Source: an uncultured bacterium (lineage in GTDB: Bacteria; CSSED10-310; CALFER01). Taken from it: 64,000 nucleotides of DNA. The notes beneath the pieces are model-generated. The model saw only the letters and a list, made by a program, of their open reading frames with translations. It was not told the DNA's origin and did no database searches. Both the position numbers and the translations under genes were made by a program. Below are positions 9,041 through 19,000 of this stretch, in pieces. The DNA is taken from positions 137,674 to 201,673 of the forward strand of contig CALFER010000034.1 of NCBI GenBank assembly GCA_937951895.1. Direction: 5' to 3'. Each line of letters opens with the position of its first letter. Position 1 is the first letter of the stretch.

Positions 9041-10381
9041 TCAGGCAAGCAACAGACGGGGGATCAGTACACCGGCCAATGCGTACAGGAGCATCCCCAA
9101 TGACAGAAAAAAGACCGCCTTCCGGCATGCTTCACGATATCCTCCCGGAATCCCGGCATTCCAGATCGTGCCAATCCATAAGACGATCGATGGCCAGACA
9201 GGATACAAATATCGCCCCTGCGTCAACTCGTGCCGCAACCCGAACTGCACGACCACCACACCGACAGCCACCAGGACGTTGATGCCGTGAACGATCCCGA
9301 CACCACCGGTGAACCACTCCCGTTCCCGACCGATCAGGACCACCAAACCCGGAAGAAGCGGGAGAAACATGAACAGATACAGGCAATAATACCATTCTGC
9401 AGCGGGATGCTTGAGCCAACCGAAATTCAGAATCAGGCTCGCGATAAAATGACCTCCGAAACGCGTCCACCACTCGGGATTCCATGGCGTCCCTGCAACG
9501 GTCCAATCAAGACCGCGAAACTGGGAGATGATCTGATGCGCTGTCAGACGGACCAGTCCCGGCATCAGATTGGAGACCAGGATCCAGAGCATGACGCCTG
9601 CCGAACCAAGGCACAGAGCGAACCGGTACCGACTCAGCACAGTCGCTCGGAAAGACCGGCGATACAGCACCAGTGATGCGGACAGCAGAAATCCCGGCAA
9701 AGCCAGCAACGCGGAGCGATGCGAGGCGACACCCAGTGCCACTCCCGCAAAGCCCCACAACCATCCGGAAACTCGCTCGGGTTCCACCAGCAGCCGGATA
9801 CTGCCGTAGATCGTCATGGCTGATGCCAGCCAGGCGAGATTCGCAGGATTGGCCGACCCGGACATATATAGATACTGAGGCGTCATCAGTCCGCACGCCC
9901 ACACCAACCACTCCGATGGTTCACGCTGTGTCTGCCGGCCGATCAGCAGCAGAAACATCGCCGCACCCGCAGCCAGAACGATCCCGATAGCGCGGGATGC
10001 GAGCAAAGCGGGCAAAGGCCCGTCTATCCGCAGGAACCGCAGCACCATTCCCATTCCCGCATAATACAGCGTCGGTTTGGATAGCTGGGTCGGCTTCATG
10101 CGCAGCAGTGGCGCTTCATAAAACCGGGACGGGGGCGACGCCGGCACGGGAAAATCGACCAACTGCCAGAAGCGGAACGATGCGGATGATTCGAGTATAA
10201 CGGATTCCAGATGCTCCAGCGGCAACCGTCTCTCATGCGTATTATACAGCACATATGCCAGATGGGCCGGTTCGTCAGGACACTGGAACGGCGGATTTAA
10301 AAAAAGAGCCGTCAGTGTGGCCATGCAGAACCAAACGACGGAAAACCACACGAGTGCTGATCGATTGGCCCGACCGTTCAT
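9041..10381 (-). CDS. DUF2142-like polytopic membrane protein (GT-C-like)
   Basis: Likely start is the Met at 10381 (MNGRANRSALVWF...), giving ATGA coupling with the upstream TPR gene. The annotated ORF start at 10585 would overlap that gene by about 200 nt. DEPAHLAY loop motif, more than 9 TM segments. Confidence 0.55.
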   Translation of the reverse strand: MNGRANRSALVWFSVVWFCMATLTALFLNPPFQCPDEPAHLAYVLYNTHERRLPLEHLESVILESSASFRFWQLVDFPVPASPPSRFYEAPLLRMKPTQLSKPTLYYAGMGMVLRFLRIDGPLPALLASRAIGIVLAAGAAMFLLLIGRQTQREPSEWLVWACGLMTPQYLYMSGSANPANLAWLASAMTIYGSIRLLVEPERVSGWLWGFAGVALGVASHRSALLALPGFLLSASLVLYRRSFRATVLSRYRFALCLGSAGVMLWILVSNLMPGLVRLTAHQIISQFRGLDWTVAGTPWNPEWWTRFGGHFIASLILNFGWLKHPAAEWYYCLYLFMFLPLLPGLVVLIGREREWFTGGVGIVHGINVLVAVGVVVVQFGLRHELTQGRYLYPVWPSIVLWIGTIWNAGIPGGYREACRKAVFFLSLGMLLYALAGVLIPRLLLA

Positions 10382-11352
10382 GTCCCGCAACCTTGCCACG
10401 CGTCCCGGAGATACAGAAACAGGATTTTCGAGGGCAGCCCCGGCCGCTTGCCCCCCCACGCGCACGGAGTCATCAACATCGCCTCGATCTGCTCCGTCCA
10501 CACGCCCTTGCCACCCGCAGCCGCCGCATCGAGCGCTTCGATGATCGGATGACCGGCATGTGCCATGCGCGCGGCATTCATCCAACGACTCAGCGAACCG
10601 GAATCCGATCCAGTCACAAGAACCACCCGAATCATTCTCAGAATCACCTGGATATCCCCGGGATCACAGGCTTCGGCGCGATAATACCAATCCAATGCCG
10701 TCTGCCGGTCGCCTCTTTCCCAATACGCATCCCCGATATCCACCCGGACAATTCCCAGATTCGGAGCGCGTGCGATCGCCTCCTCATAAGAATCGGTCGC
10801 GGAAACGATCTCTCCACGGGAAAGCTGGACATGGCCCATCGCCACGAATGCATCCTGACGGTCGGGATACCTCCGAGATTGCGCTACGAATTCCCTGAAT
10901 GCCGCGTCCATGCGACCGATCTTGATCATCGCAATCCCGCGATAAATGCCTCCGATGTAATCCATCCTGCTTTCCGAATCGAGCCGTTCGTATGCGTCGA
11001 GCGCTGACTGGAAATCGCCGCTGAGGAACAACCGAAGCGCAAGATTCTTCCGAAGCGCGACACTCCAGGCCGATATCTCAGTCTCCGCACCGGAACGATC
11101 CGGAACACGATCCAGCCACACGAGAGCCTCGGGATAGCGCCCCATCGAATCGTTGAACGCAGCCGCCGTGACGGGGATGGCTGAACCGGTCCAATACCGC
11201 CCCGTGAATGCCTGCTGAGCCGAGTCGATCGCCACGATCAGCGCGCCCGGCCCGGCAGCGACCAGCATCCAGAGCAGGAATCGAAGGATCGGCGTCCAGC
11301 GATTGCCGGTCATATCCGTCGGACCTCTCGGAGCAGCCGGAAGATACCCCAT
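10378..11352 (-). CDS. TPR-repeat protein with N-terminal signal/TM segment
   Basis: 324 aa. Hydrophobic N-terminus (ILRFLLWMLVAAGPGALIVA), then several TPR-like helical repeats (AxxxYxxA patterns). Confidence 0.55.
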   Translation of the reverse strand: MGYLPAAPRGPTDMTGNRWTPILRFLLWMLVAAGPGALIVAIDSAQQAFTGRYWTGSAIPVTAAAFNDSMGRYPEALVWLDRVPDRSGAETEISAWSVALRKNLALRLFLSGDFQSALDAYERLDSESRMDYIGGIYRGIAMIKIGRMDAAFREFVAQSRRYPDRQDAFVAMGHVQLSRGEIVSATDSYEEAIARAPNLGIVRVDIGDAYWERGDRQTALDWYYRAEACDPGDIQVILRMIRVVLVTGSDSGSLSRWMNAARMAHAGHPIIEALDAAAAGGKGVWTEQIEAMLMTPCAWGGKRPGLPSKILFLYLRDAWQGCGT

Positions 11353-12026
11353 GCACTGATCAGTCCGATCAGCAACACGATTCCGCGTGCCGCGCGGACT
11401 CCGATGAGGCGTGCCGGACCGCTCCGATCGAGAGCCTCCAGAATCAGGACCGGGATGGGTGTGCGCGTCCAGAGTTTCATCGCGAGCTCACCGGGAATCG
11501 CGGCGCCGTTCATCGTGAGGTTTCCCGTGTTCCCGCGCCCTTCCGAATCACGCCACAGGGTCACCTCGTTCCCCGGCATGATTCCCTCCGACACAATCCG
11601 CACGATCAGCGACCCCTCACCCGGAGGCAGAGTTCGCTCAAATCGGATCATACCCCACTGGTTGTCCTGCAGATTGGCAAGATCCACGCGCGCCATCACG
11701 GTATCAGTCGAACCGGCGTCCTGTCCCGGCCGGCTCACCTCGACCCTCAGCACGCCCGAATTGACCCGGCAGTAGGTGCCGAATCGAAGCGACACAGCGG
11801 CGACGGGATCCCAATGCTCCGAATTGAGGCGCTGCTCGATGATGGTTCGGCCCGTCAAGGGATCACACGGCCGGTCAAACGAGATCGCTTCATACTGCAC
11901 GCGCAGAGAGCCCTCGAGGTACCAGGCCGGATCCGGGGGGACAAGCGGAACGAGCGGCAGACATACCAGCAGCCACAGCCAGCGGCATGTGCCACGCGTC
12001 TCCGACAACCGCGCCGGCGCCGTCAT
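11310..12026 (-). CDS. Hypothetical exported/membrane-anchored protein
   Basis: 238 aa. N-terminal signal-like WLWLLVCLPLVPLVP, C-terminal TM helix plus basic tail. No recognisable domain. ATGA-coupled to the kinase gene stop and overlaps the downstream TPR gene. Confidence 0.4.
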   Translation of the reverse strand: MTAPARLSETRGTCRWLWLLVCLPLVPLVPPDPAWYLEGSLRVQYEAISFDRPCDPLTGRTIIEQRLNSEHWDPVAAVSLRFGTYCRVNSGVLRVEVSRPGQDAGSTDTVMARVDLANLQDNQWGMIRFERTLPPGEGSLIVRIVSEGIMPGNEVTLWRDSEGRGNTGNLTMNGAAIPGELAMKLWTRTPIPVLILEALDRSGPARLIGVRAARGIVLLIGLISAWGIFRLLREVRRI

Positions 12027-15000
12027 GACCGGCGTCCGTGACCGATCTGCATGTCATGGGCGAGCGCTCGCATTGAATCGTCTTCTCCAAGTTCGACGTA
12101 CAGCCGCATCATGTCGAAAATCAGCTTTTTTCTCAAACCGGAATTCCAAAACAGCACAATCTCGGATTCTGAGAACCCCTGCGCCTGTCCCCGAAGCGTC
12201 CGAAGCAGCGCTTCTGCCTCCACGAGCGCCTCACGGGTCCGATGGTCGCGTTCGAGTGATTCGATGCCGAGCAATCGCCAGCGTGTCAGCGGAGGTTCGA
12301 TCGGGTAAGAGAGGATCTGCGGCCCCAGACGGTCGCGCCACTCCTCGAATCGACCCGGGTCGGACAAGGACAGATACTCCAGCAGATCGAGTGCCATCGG
12401 AAAAAACAGGATCCGATTCTCCGACCCGCACACATCCGAAACCTGCGATTCGATCCGTCGGATCGCCGCGTCACAGCGCCCGTCCAAAAAATCCTGCCTC
12501 GCACACGCGCGCTCGAACTCCATTCGCACATCAGCGGTTTCAATCTGTGATGCCGAGTCAACGATGTCCGCGAGACACCGCTCAGCCGCGCCGCGGATGT
12601 CGGACCAGGACTTTCGGGCCGCCAGCAATGACCGATGGCGGAGGAGTCCGTACATCACCGAAAACCGGGGATTCTGAACGATCCGGAGTCGCTGATCGAT
12701 CCGGTCGAGGTGTTCATCCACCCGGTCCGTGAATCCCAGCTCACCCGACCAGTAAGCCAACGTGATGCGCGACGGGATTTCATAGTCCAGGGCTTCAGGT
12801 AATGAAAAGGATTCGAGGGCTTTTGCGATCAGGCCGAGACCGGTGGCATATCGTCCCTGAAGAACAGCATCCAGCCCCAGTCGCACATGATTGTCAGCGA
12901 TCAGTGACTGGTCTTCGAGATCGATTGCGAGTCGCAGGGATTCCTCGTGTTTCTGCTGCGCCGCTGCCGGGAAACCGCGCGCACGGTCCAATTCCCCCAG
13001 ATTGGATGGAAGGATTGCACAAGCTGCGGCATGATCGATCGTCTGAGCCAGTTCCAGAGCTTCCCGGTTGCAGCGTTCCGACTCCTCGAACTCGCCCGCC
13101 AGAAACAGCGCCCAGGCAAGATTGACCATTGTCTGGACGACATGCGGTTTCATCTGAGCTCTCTCGAAGATCGCCAGACACTCCCGAAAATACTCCGCCG
13201 CCTGACGTTCGTTCCCGAGCGAGATCAGGACCAGGCCGATATTCGATCGGCTCCAGACTTCAAGCTGCCTGTTCCTGAGTCTGCGAGCATGATCGAGTGC
13301 CTGCCTGTAGACATCCAGAGCGTCGGGATACCACCCGAGTTTCCAGTTCTGGACACCGAGATTGATCAGGCAGGTCGTGAGCGGCGCGTCGTGCCCGAGT
13401 TCCTTCCAGATCCGCATCGATTTCTCTGTCAATTCGATGGCGCGCGGATACTGCCCCCGGGTCTCGGCGATCACCCCGAGCTTGTTGTAGGCACGGCCTT
13501 CATTGTACCGATCCGAGATCGTGACGGCCCGTGCGAGAGCAGACTCGTAGTCCTTCTCGGCAAGCGAAGTCCGGCCGGTTTCATTGAGTGCATCTCCGCG
13601 GCGATTCAGGCAATCCAGCAACAAAGTATGATCGATCACGCCCGGACTGTCATCCTTCGATCCCTCGATGATTTCGATTGCCCGCGAGTAGGATTGAATC
13701 GCATGGCCGTTCGCATAACGTCTGATTGCAGACTCGGCCGATCGGAACAGATACGGGGGGGCTTTTACGGAGCGATCCGAGGCGGACCAGTGGAACGCGA
13801 GAGCGTCGATGTCCGGATGCTCCCCGGCGCACCCCTCGAAATACTCCGCCAGCCTCCGATGATAAACACGCCGTCTCGAAGCGGACAGCCGCCCGTACAC
13901 CACTTCCTGAACCAGCGCCTGATCGAACTCGAAGAACTCATCGTCCCGCCCGCGTCGCTCGGACAGCACCCCGGCATGAAGCAACTCATCGAGGCAGTCG
14001 AACAGTTCCTCGGTATTATCTGCTGCCACCTCCCGAAGCAACTCGTACTGGAACCGTCTCCCCGCCACCGCGGCCCACTCCAGCACCTTTTTCGTCTTGT
14101 CCCGAATGGTCTCGATCCGCTGCAGAATCATGTCATGAATGCCTTTGGGCACCACCACGCTGCCGGAAGCGATTCCGGTCGAATCGGCCGGCACGGATTG
14201 CTGATTGCCGATGTCCAGATACCATTTCCCTTTTTTCCGGAACAGCGCTTTCGTCTCGAGCAGATTGATGATGATTTCCTCGAGAAAGAACGGATTGCCC
14301 CCGGTCATCTCGTGCAGCCAGGCAGCCAGTTTCGGCATGCTCTCATCGATACCCAGCATCGATCGGAGCATGGCCGACATGGCGTCTTGATTCAGAGGCC
14401 TGAGGAGCAATCGCTGAACGGATGAGGCGTGTGCCAATTCGGACGTCAGTTCCGACAGAGGCACGTTGGTCTCACTATCGGGAACCCGGTACACACAGAC
14501 GACGCTGAGGCGGCACGGATCGCCCGTGGTCGAGGCAGTCGAGGCATTCACGATGAAGCGTAAAAGATCGATCGCGTCGGGGTCCGCCCACTGGAGATTA
14601 TCGAGCGCGAGTAGGACGGGGTGACCTTCACCGATCCGCAGAAGGATCGACCGCACTGCGTTGAACAGCCGGAGACGCTCTTCGGCGGGGCTCAGTGATT
14701 CCGGTTCGATCTCACCCGGCATCGGTCCGAGATTGGCAAACCCCGGAAACGATCTCGCGAGAACAGGCCTGTCGTCACCGAGTGACTTCGCCTGAATCTC
14801 GGGAGAACTCCTCCATAATGAAGCACTGATCGCATCCATCACATCGGAAAAAGCCCGGAACGGCAGATTTTCACCGGGGAAGCACCGGGCGAAAAAGACT
14901 TTGCAGCCCTCGAGCCTCGCTTTCTGAACAACCTCACCGATCAGCCTGCTTTTCCCGATTCCCGCTTCGCCTTCAACCAGAATCACCGGTCGAAAGGCCC

Positions 15001-15988
15001 TCGTATTCGGATCCAGTGCCGCCCGGATCTGCGCCATCTCCTCATCGCGACCGCTGAAGCCGGGATCCCAGTGGGGCTCGATCCGTTTTGCATCGGAGTC
15101 GATCGAATCGAGCATGTCCGACACGAGCGTTTCGCCGGTCAGGAAGCTCAGATACTCTTCCCAGCGCCTTTTAAGATCCTGTGCGTTGGGGAAACGCCGA
15201 TGCGGATCTTTTTCGAGCAGCCGCATGATGATCGATTCGATTTCAGGAGTGACATTCGGATTGAGAAACGACGGAGGCGCGGGCTGTTCATCGACATGCT
15301 TGAACAGGATATCCATCGGCCGGTCGCCTGAAAACGGCTTCTGTCCGGTCACGATTTCATAGAGGAGGACGCCGAGTGAATAAAGATCGGAGCGGGGATC
15401 GAGGCGTGCGCCGCGGCATTGCTCCGGCGACATGTAAGCCACCGTGCCGATAACCGCTCCGGTTTTCGTCAGCGCAACCGATGCATCGATTTCACGCGCC
15501 AGGCCGAAATCCATGATCTTGGCGTCGCCGTCCGTCGTGACCATGATGTTTGCGGGTTTGAGATCACGGTGAATGAGACTTCGGGTGTGGATGTAGTAAA
15601 GGGCCGAGCAGATCTGGGTCATGATCTTGCAGGTCTGGACCAGACGACGGGTCGCCCGGACATCGTTTTTCCGATAACTGCTCTCCCAGTCCCGCATGGA
15701 ATCCTTCAGCGTGCTGCCCTCGATGAATTCCATCGTGAAATACGGGGTTCGATCGATCATGCCATAACTGAAAACCCGAATGACATGGGGATGGTTGAGG
15801 CGCGCGATGGAGCGGAATTCCCGCTGGAAACGATACGTGCCACCGGGCGAGCGCGACAGGAGGGTTTTCAACGCAACCCGTCGGCCGGTGTCGGTTTCCT
15901 CGGCAAGATAAACCTCGCCCATCCCACCATGCCCGAGCAGGTGGAGAATTCGATATCCATCGATGAACTCCGGGAGATGCGACGCCAT
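12023..15988 (-). CDS. Ser/Thr protein kinase fused to an AAA_16/STAND-type P-loop NTPase and a long TPR array (PknK/MalT-like architecture)
   Basis: 1321 aa. Hanks kinase motifs: GxGxxG (LGHGGMGEV), VALK, HRDLKPANIM, DFGLA, YMSPE. Walker A GEAGIGKS about 60 aa after the kinase, Walker B-like VLLALDNLQWAD. The C-terminal roughly 650 aa are TPR repeats. Confidence 0.85.
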   Translation of the reverse strand: MASHLPEFIDGYRILHLLGHGGMGEVYLAEETDTGRRVALKTLLSRSPGGTYRFQREFRSIARLNHPHVIRVFSYGMIDRTPYFTMEFIEGSTLKDSMRDWESSYRKNDVRATRRLVQTCKIMTQICSALYYIHTRSLIHRDLKPANIMVTTDGDAKIMDFGLAREIDASVALTKTGAVIGTVAYMSPEQCRGARLDPRSDLYSLGVLLYEIVTGQKPFSGDRPMDILFKHVDEQPAPPSFLNPNVTPEIESIIMRLLEKDPHRRFPNAQDLKRRWEEYLSFLTGETLVSDMLDSIDSDAKRIEPHWDPGFSGRDEEMAQIRAALDPNTRAFRPVILVEGEAGIGKSRLIGEVVQKARLEGCKVFFARCFPGENLPFRAFSDVMDAISASLWRSSPEIQAKSLGDDRPVLARSFPGFANLGPMPGEIEPESLSPAEERLRLFNAVRSILLRIGEGHPVLLALDNLQWADPDAIDLLRFIVNASTASTTGDPCRLSVVCVYRVPDSETNVPLSELTSELAHASSVQRLLLRPLNQDAMSAMLRSMLGIDESMPKLAAWLHEMTGGNPFFLEEIIINLLETKALFRKKGKWYLDIGNQQSVPADSTGIASGSVVVPKGIHDMILQRIETIRDKTKKVLEWAAVAGRRFQYELLREVAADNTEELFDCLDELLHAGVLSERRGRDDEFFEFDQALVQEVVYGRLSASRRRVYHRRLAEYFEGCAGEHPDIDALAFHWSASDRSVKAPPYLFRSAESAIRRYANGHAIQSYSRAIEIIEGSKDDSPGVIDHTLLLDCLNRRGDALNETGRTSLAEKDYESALARAVTISDRYNEGRAYNKLGVIAETRGQYPRAIELTEKSMRIWKELGHDAPLTTCLINLGVQNWKLGWYPDALDVYRQALDHARRLRNRQLEVWSRSNIGLVLISLGNERQAAEYFRECLAIFERAQMKPHVVQTMVNLAWALFLAGEFEESERCNREALELAQTIDHAAACAILPSNLGELDRARGFPAAAQQKHEESLRLAIDLEDQSLIADNHVRLGLDAVLQGRYATGLGLIAKALESFSLPEALDYEIPSRITLAYWSGELGFTDRVDEHLDRIDQRLRIVQNPRFSVMYGLLRHRSLLAARKSWSDIRGAAERCLADIVDSASQIETADVRMEFERACARQDFLDGRCDAAIRRIESQVSDVCGSENRILFFPMALDLLEYLSLSDPGRFEEWRDRLGPQILSYPIEPPLTRWRLLGIESLERDHRTREALVEAEALLRTLRGQAQGFSESEIVLFWNSGLRKKLIFDMMRLYVELGEDDSMRALAHDMQIGHGRRS

Positions 15989-16006
15989 CGATGGTCAAGA
16001 ATAGTG

Positions 16007-16021
16007 CCTTCGGATCGAAGG
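16007..16021 (-). terminator. Hairpin (CCTTCG-gat-CGAAGG) immediately after the protease stop codon; weak terminator candidate
   Basis: Perfect 6-bp stem with 3-nt loop, followed on the minus strand by CACUAUUCUUG. Only 18 nt separate it from the kinase gene start. Confidence 0.3.
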
Positions 16022-16022
16022 T

Positions 16023-19000
16023 TCAAGGTGCGTCGAGGCGAATCGGCTGTTCGGGTCGAGCCGGCCCTTTCGATCGGGTCGATCGGAATCGCATCCCGTA
16101 CGACACGCCGAGCAGCAGCACGGCCATGCCGGCGATCGATACAGCCGGAACGGCAACGGATTGCGCCAGCGTCTCACCGACACACTCGGCATACACCGGG
16201 CCGAGATAGCTGTAGGGCGGGGGACTCTCGATATCCGACTCATAATACCGGATCCCGATGAAGTAGGTCACACCGTTCGCGATATCATCGGGAACAGTCA
16301 ATGTGGTCATGACGGCCGGTGCGGGGACCCGTTTTTCATGCGTGTAAACACCGGATTGCGTACCCCAGACCACGACATGCCCGGAATACGCCGCCCGATC
16401 ACGCTTCTCTTCTTCCTCATCCCAGCTCACATCGATGCTGTTGATCTTACCCATGATCGCCATTCCATGAACACCCTCGATCGAACCGGACAGGGTAAAC
16501 TGACTGTTCATATCGTCCGGCAACGCCACGCCATCCTGATCGTTCATCCCGGATATCCGAATTGTCTGTGTGCCACCCGTACCGGCGAGTGACTCGTCGA
16601 TCATGATGTCGCCCGACCAGAGCGTGCCGTGAATCCAGATGCCTGCGAATACACCGATATCGTAATCAGGAACAGGGCCGAATGTCACCGACAAGGGCAT
16701 TGCCTGGTTCATCTCCTTTGAAAAAACGAGATCGACATGCAAAGGACCCATCGGAACGATGCCGGATGGCGTCAGAGTGACGGATTCCAGACACGCGGGA
16801 GCTTCAGTTGTATAATCCATCAGATAACCCGATGTATCGACCGTGACGAGTGTCGGAATGTCATAACTGTCGTAAATCAGATCCGTTGCGCCGAACGGCA
16901 GTTGTGCCGTCGTATACGGCCCCCAGTAATTCTGCATTGCCGGGAAAGACCATACGGGCGGATTGGCGGGAACATACGCATAGTAGTCGAATCCTCCCAG
17001 CGGATTCGCCCCGAAAATGTTCGATTGCTGGATGACCGGCGCTGCCGTGTAGGGCATTGCAAGTTCGTAAGCGCTGATGTTCTGAGTTCCCCCGCTTGCG
17101 TCTCCGATCGTCGTGCATCTCAGGATCGTCGGACTTCCTCCGGTCGAAGATGCCAGATCCTCGAACCGGAGATTATTCAGGCATCTGTTGAACAGACAGC
17201 GATCCACGCACGTGCTGTTCGCGCCGCTCATCTTCAATCCCATCTCGCTCGACATAAACGTGCATCGGCTGATGTACGGAGATGCTGTCGAGGCGCTGCC
17301 TTCGGACGCGCACGACACGGCGGGATTCCCGTTCTCGAAACGACACCATTCCAAAATGGATCCCCCAAGGAAGATTCCGTCGGGCGGCATCGAGGAATAG
17401 ACCGCCGAGACACTGCCCGGCATGAAACGGATTCCATCCCATATGGCATCCTCCGCACCTTCGAAGATAACGAGATCTCCCGGAGCACCAACGGCCGACA
17501 ACTCACCGAACACACTCAAACCGGTTCCGGTCTGAAACATGATCCGCACACCGGGCTCGACCATCAGCGCAGTTGCCGGCGCAACGACGATCGGGGAGAT
17601 GACCTGGTAATGCCGGGCCGGAACGACAGCTCCCGGCCCCAGGATACCATAAACACCTCCACTCAATTCTCGCGGTCCGAGCGTGACCCGAAGCTCACTG
17701 GATTGCATCGCTCCGCTGGCCGGCTGGATAACTACCGTCAGCAGATATGTTTCACCGTACACCGCATCATCATCCGCATCGATCCGGAACGATACCGGCA
17801 CATTCTGGCCAAAACCGATATGTCCGGCCAGTTGCGGATTGTTCGTCACGATCAGATCCGGATGGGTCGACAGAAGTGTCACGATGACCGATTCCGCGTC
17901 GGCCCATTCGTTCCGGATTGAAAATGTGAAATCATAGATGTCACCCGGGTCGAACCGACCATCCGAGTCCATGTCGAAAAACGGTGTCACCTCCGGAACG
18001 GACGCGATGAGATCGGGTTGAGGCACCGCTGTGAGCGCTGCGCCGAGATCGATCGATTTTCGTGAATTGCCTTCCGGATCGGTAAAAACGGATGCGGTAT
18101 GGATGAGGTGGGCCGCGATAAACCCGGCGGTCCAGGTCGGATCGCCCAGATGATACGAGCGCAGGAGCGCTGCACCGGCACTCGCGTGCGGACAGGCCAT
18201 CGACGTCCCGCTGGAACCCGCATACGGATTCCGTAATCCGTTCTCCATCCAGGTGCTCTGGAATACACTGACACCCGGAGCGAACAGGTCGATTTCGAGA
18301 CCATGGTTGCTGAAATCCGCGATCGTTCCGGAGCATGTCAATGCGCCTACCGAGAGCACCTCCGCGTACGCGGCGGGATATTTTACCTCATTCTGAGCAT
18401 CGTTCCCCGCAGCACCGACCACGTTGATTCCCGCGGTCGATGCCGCATCGATCGCCGCCCAGAGAGCCGGATCATGATTCGACGCCGTAAACGAGCAATT
18501 GATGACCGACGCGCCCTGCTGCACGGCATATGCGATTCCCGCGACAGCCGATGCGATCGAGCCGGTCAGGTGATCATCCAGAATCTTGATCGACATCACG
18601 GGGCAGTTCCAGGCGATACCCGCGACACCGACAGCATCGTTACCGCGGGCCGCGATCACGCCCGCCACCTGAGTTCCATGACCGTTGTCATCCGATGGAT
18701 CGGCATCCGAGTTGACGAAATCCCATCCGTACAGATCGTCGACGAACCCATTGCTGTCATCATCCAGGCCGTTGAACACTTCCAGCGGGTTGCTCCAGAG
18801 CTGCGACCACAGGTCGGGATGGTCGATGTCGATTCCGCTGTCGAGGATGGCCACGGAGACCGATGCGTGCCCCGTCGAGACGTTCCAGGCGGTTTCGGCG
18901 CCGATATCGTGTACGCCTGAAGGGAAAAATGCGGCAGATCCGTGCCCGAGCGAGTATTGAAGGCCCTGTAAGTAGTAAGTGTCATCCGGAATCAGCGCCC

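Noticed and set aside
9041-10585. Upstream extension of the DUF2142 ORF to 10585 (514 aa)
   Set aside because: The first 68 codons overlap the upstream TPR gene and translate to Arg/Gly/Asp-rich low complexity. The Met at 10381 gives a clean ATGA junction and a hydrophobic N-terminus.
12947-14425. 492-aa plus-strand ORF
   Set aside because: Antisense shadow of the kinase-STAND-TPR gene; no domain signatures.
12023-15988. Possibility that the kinase-STAND-TPR protein is an Avs-type antiphage defence sensor
   Set aside because: The architecture (STAND NTPase + TPR) is compatible, but a Ser/Thr kinase is not a typical Avs effector. The gene sits in a housekeeping context with envelope genes and no mobile elements. 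A PknK/MalT-like regulator is the more conservative reading; kept only as a remote alternative.
16023-16160. PEP-CTERM or LPXTG sorting signal on the S8 protease C-terminus
   Set aside because: The TM helix plus basic tail is present, but no PEP, LPXTG or GlyGly motif precedes it. Reported instead as an unclassified anchor or sorting candidate.
16737-17921. 394-aa plus-strand ORF
   Set aside because: Antisense to the S8 protease gene; R-rich artefact.
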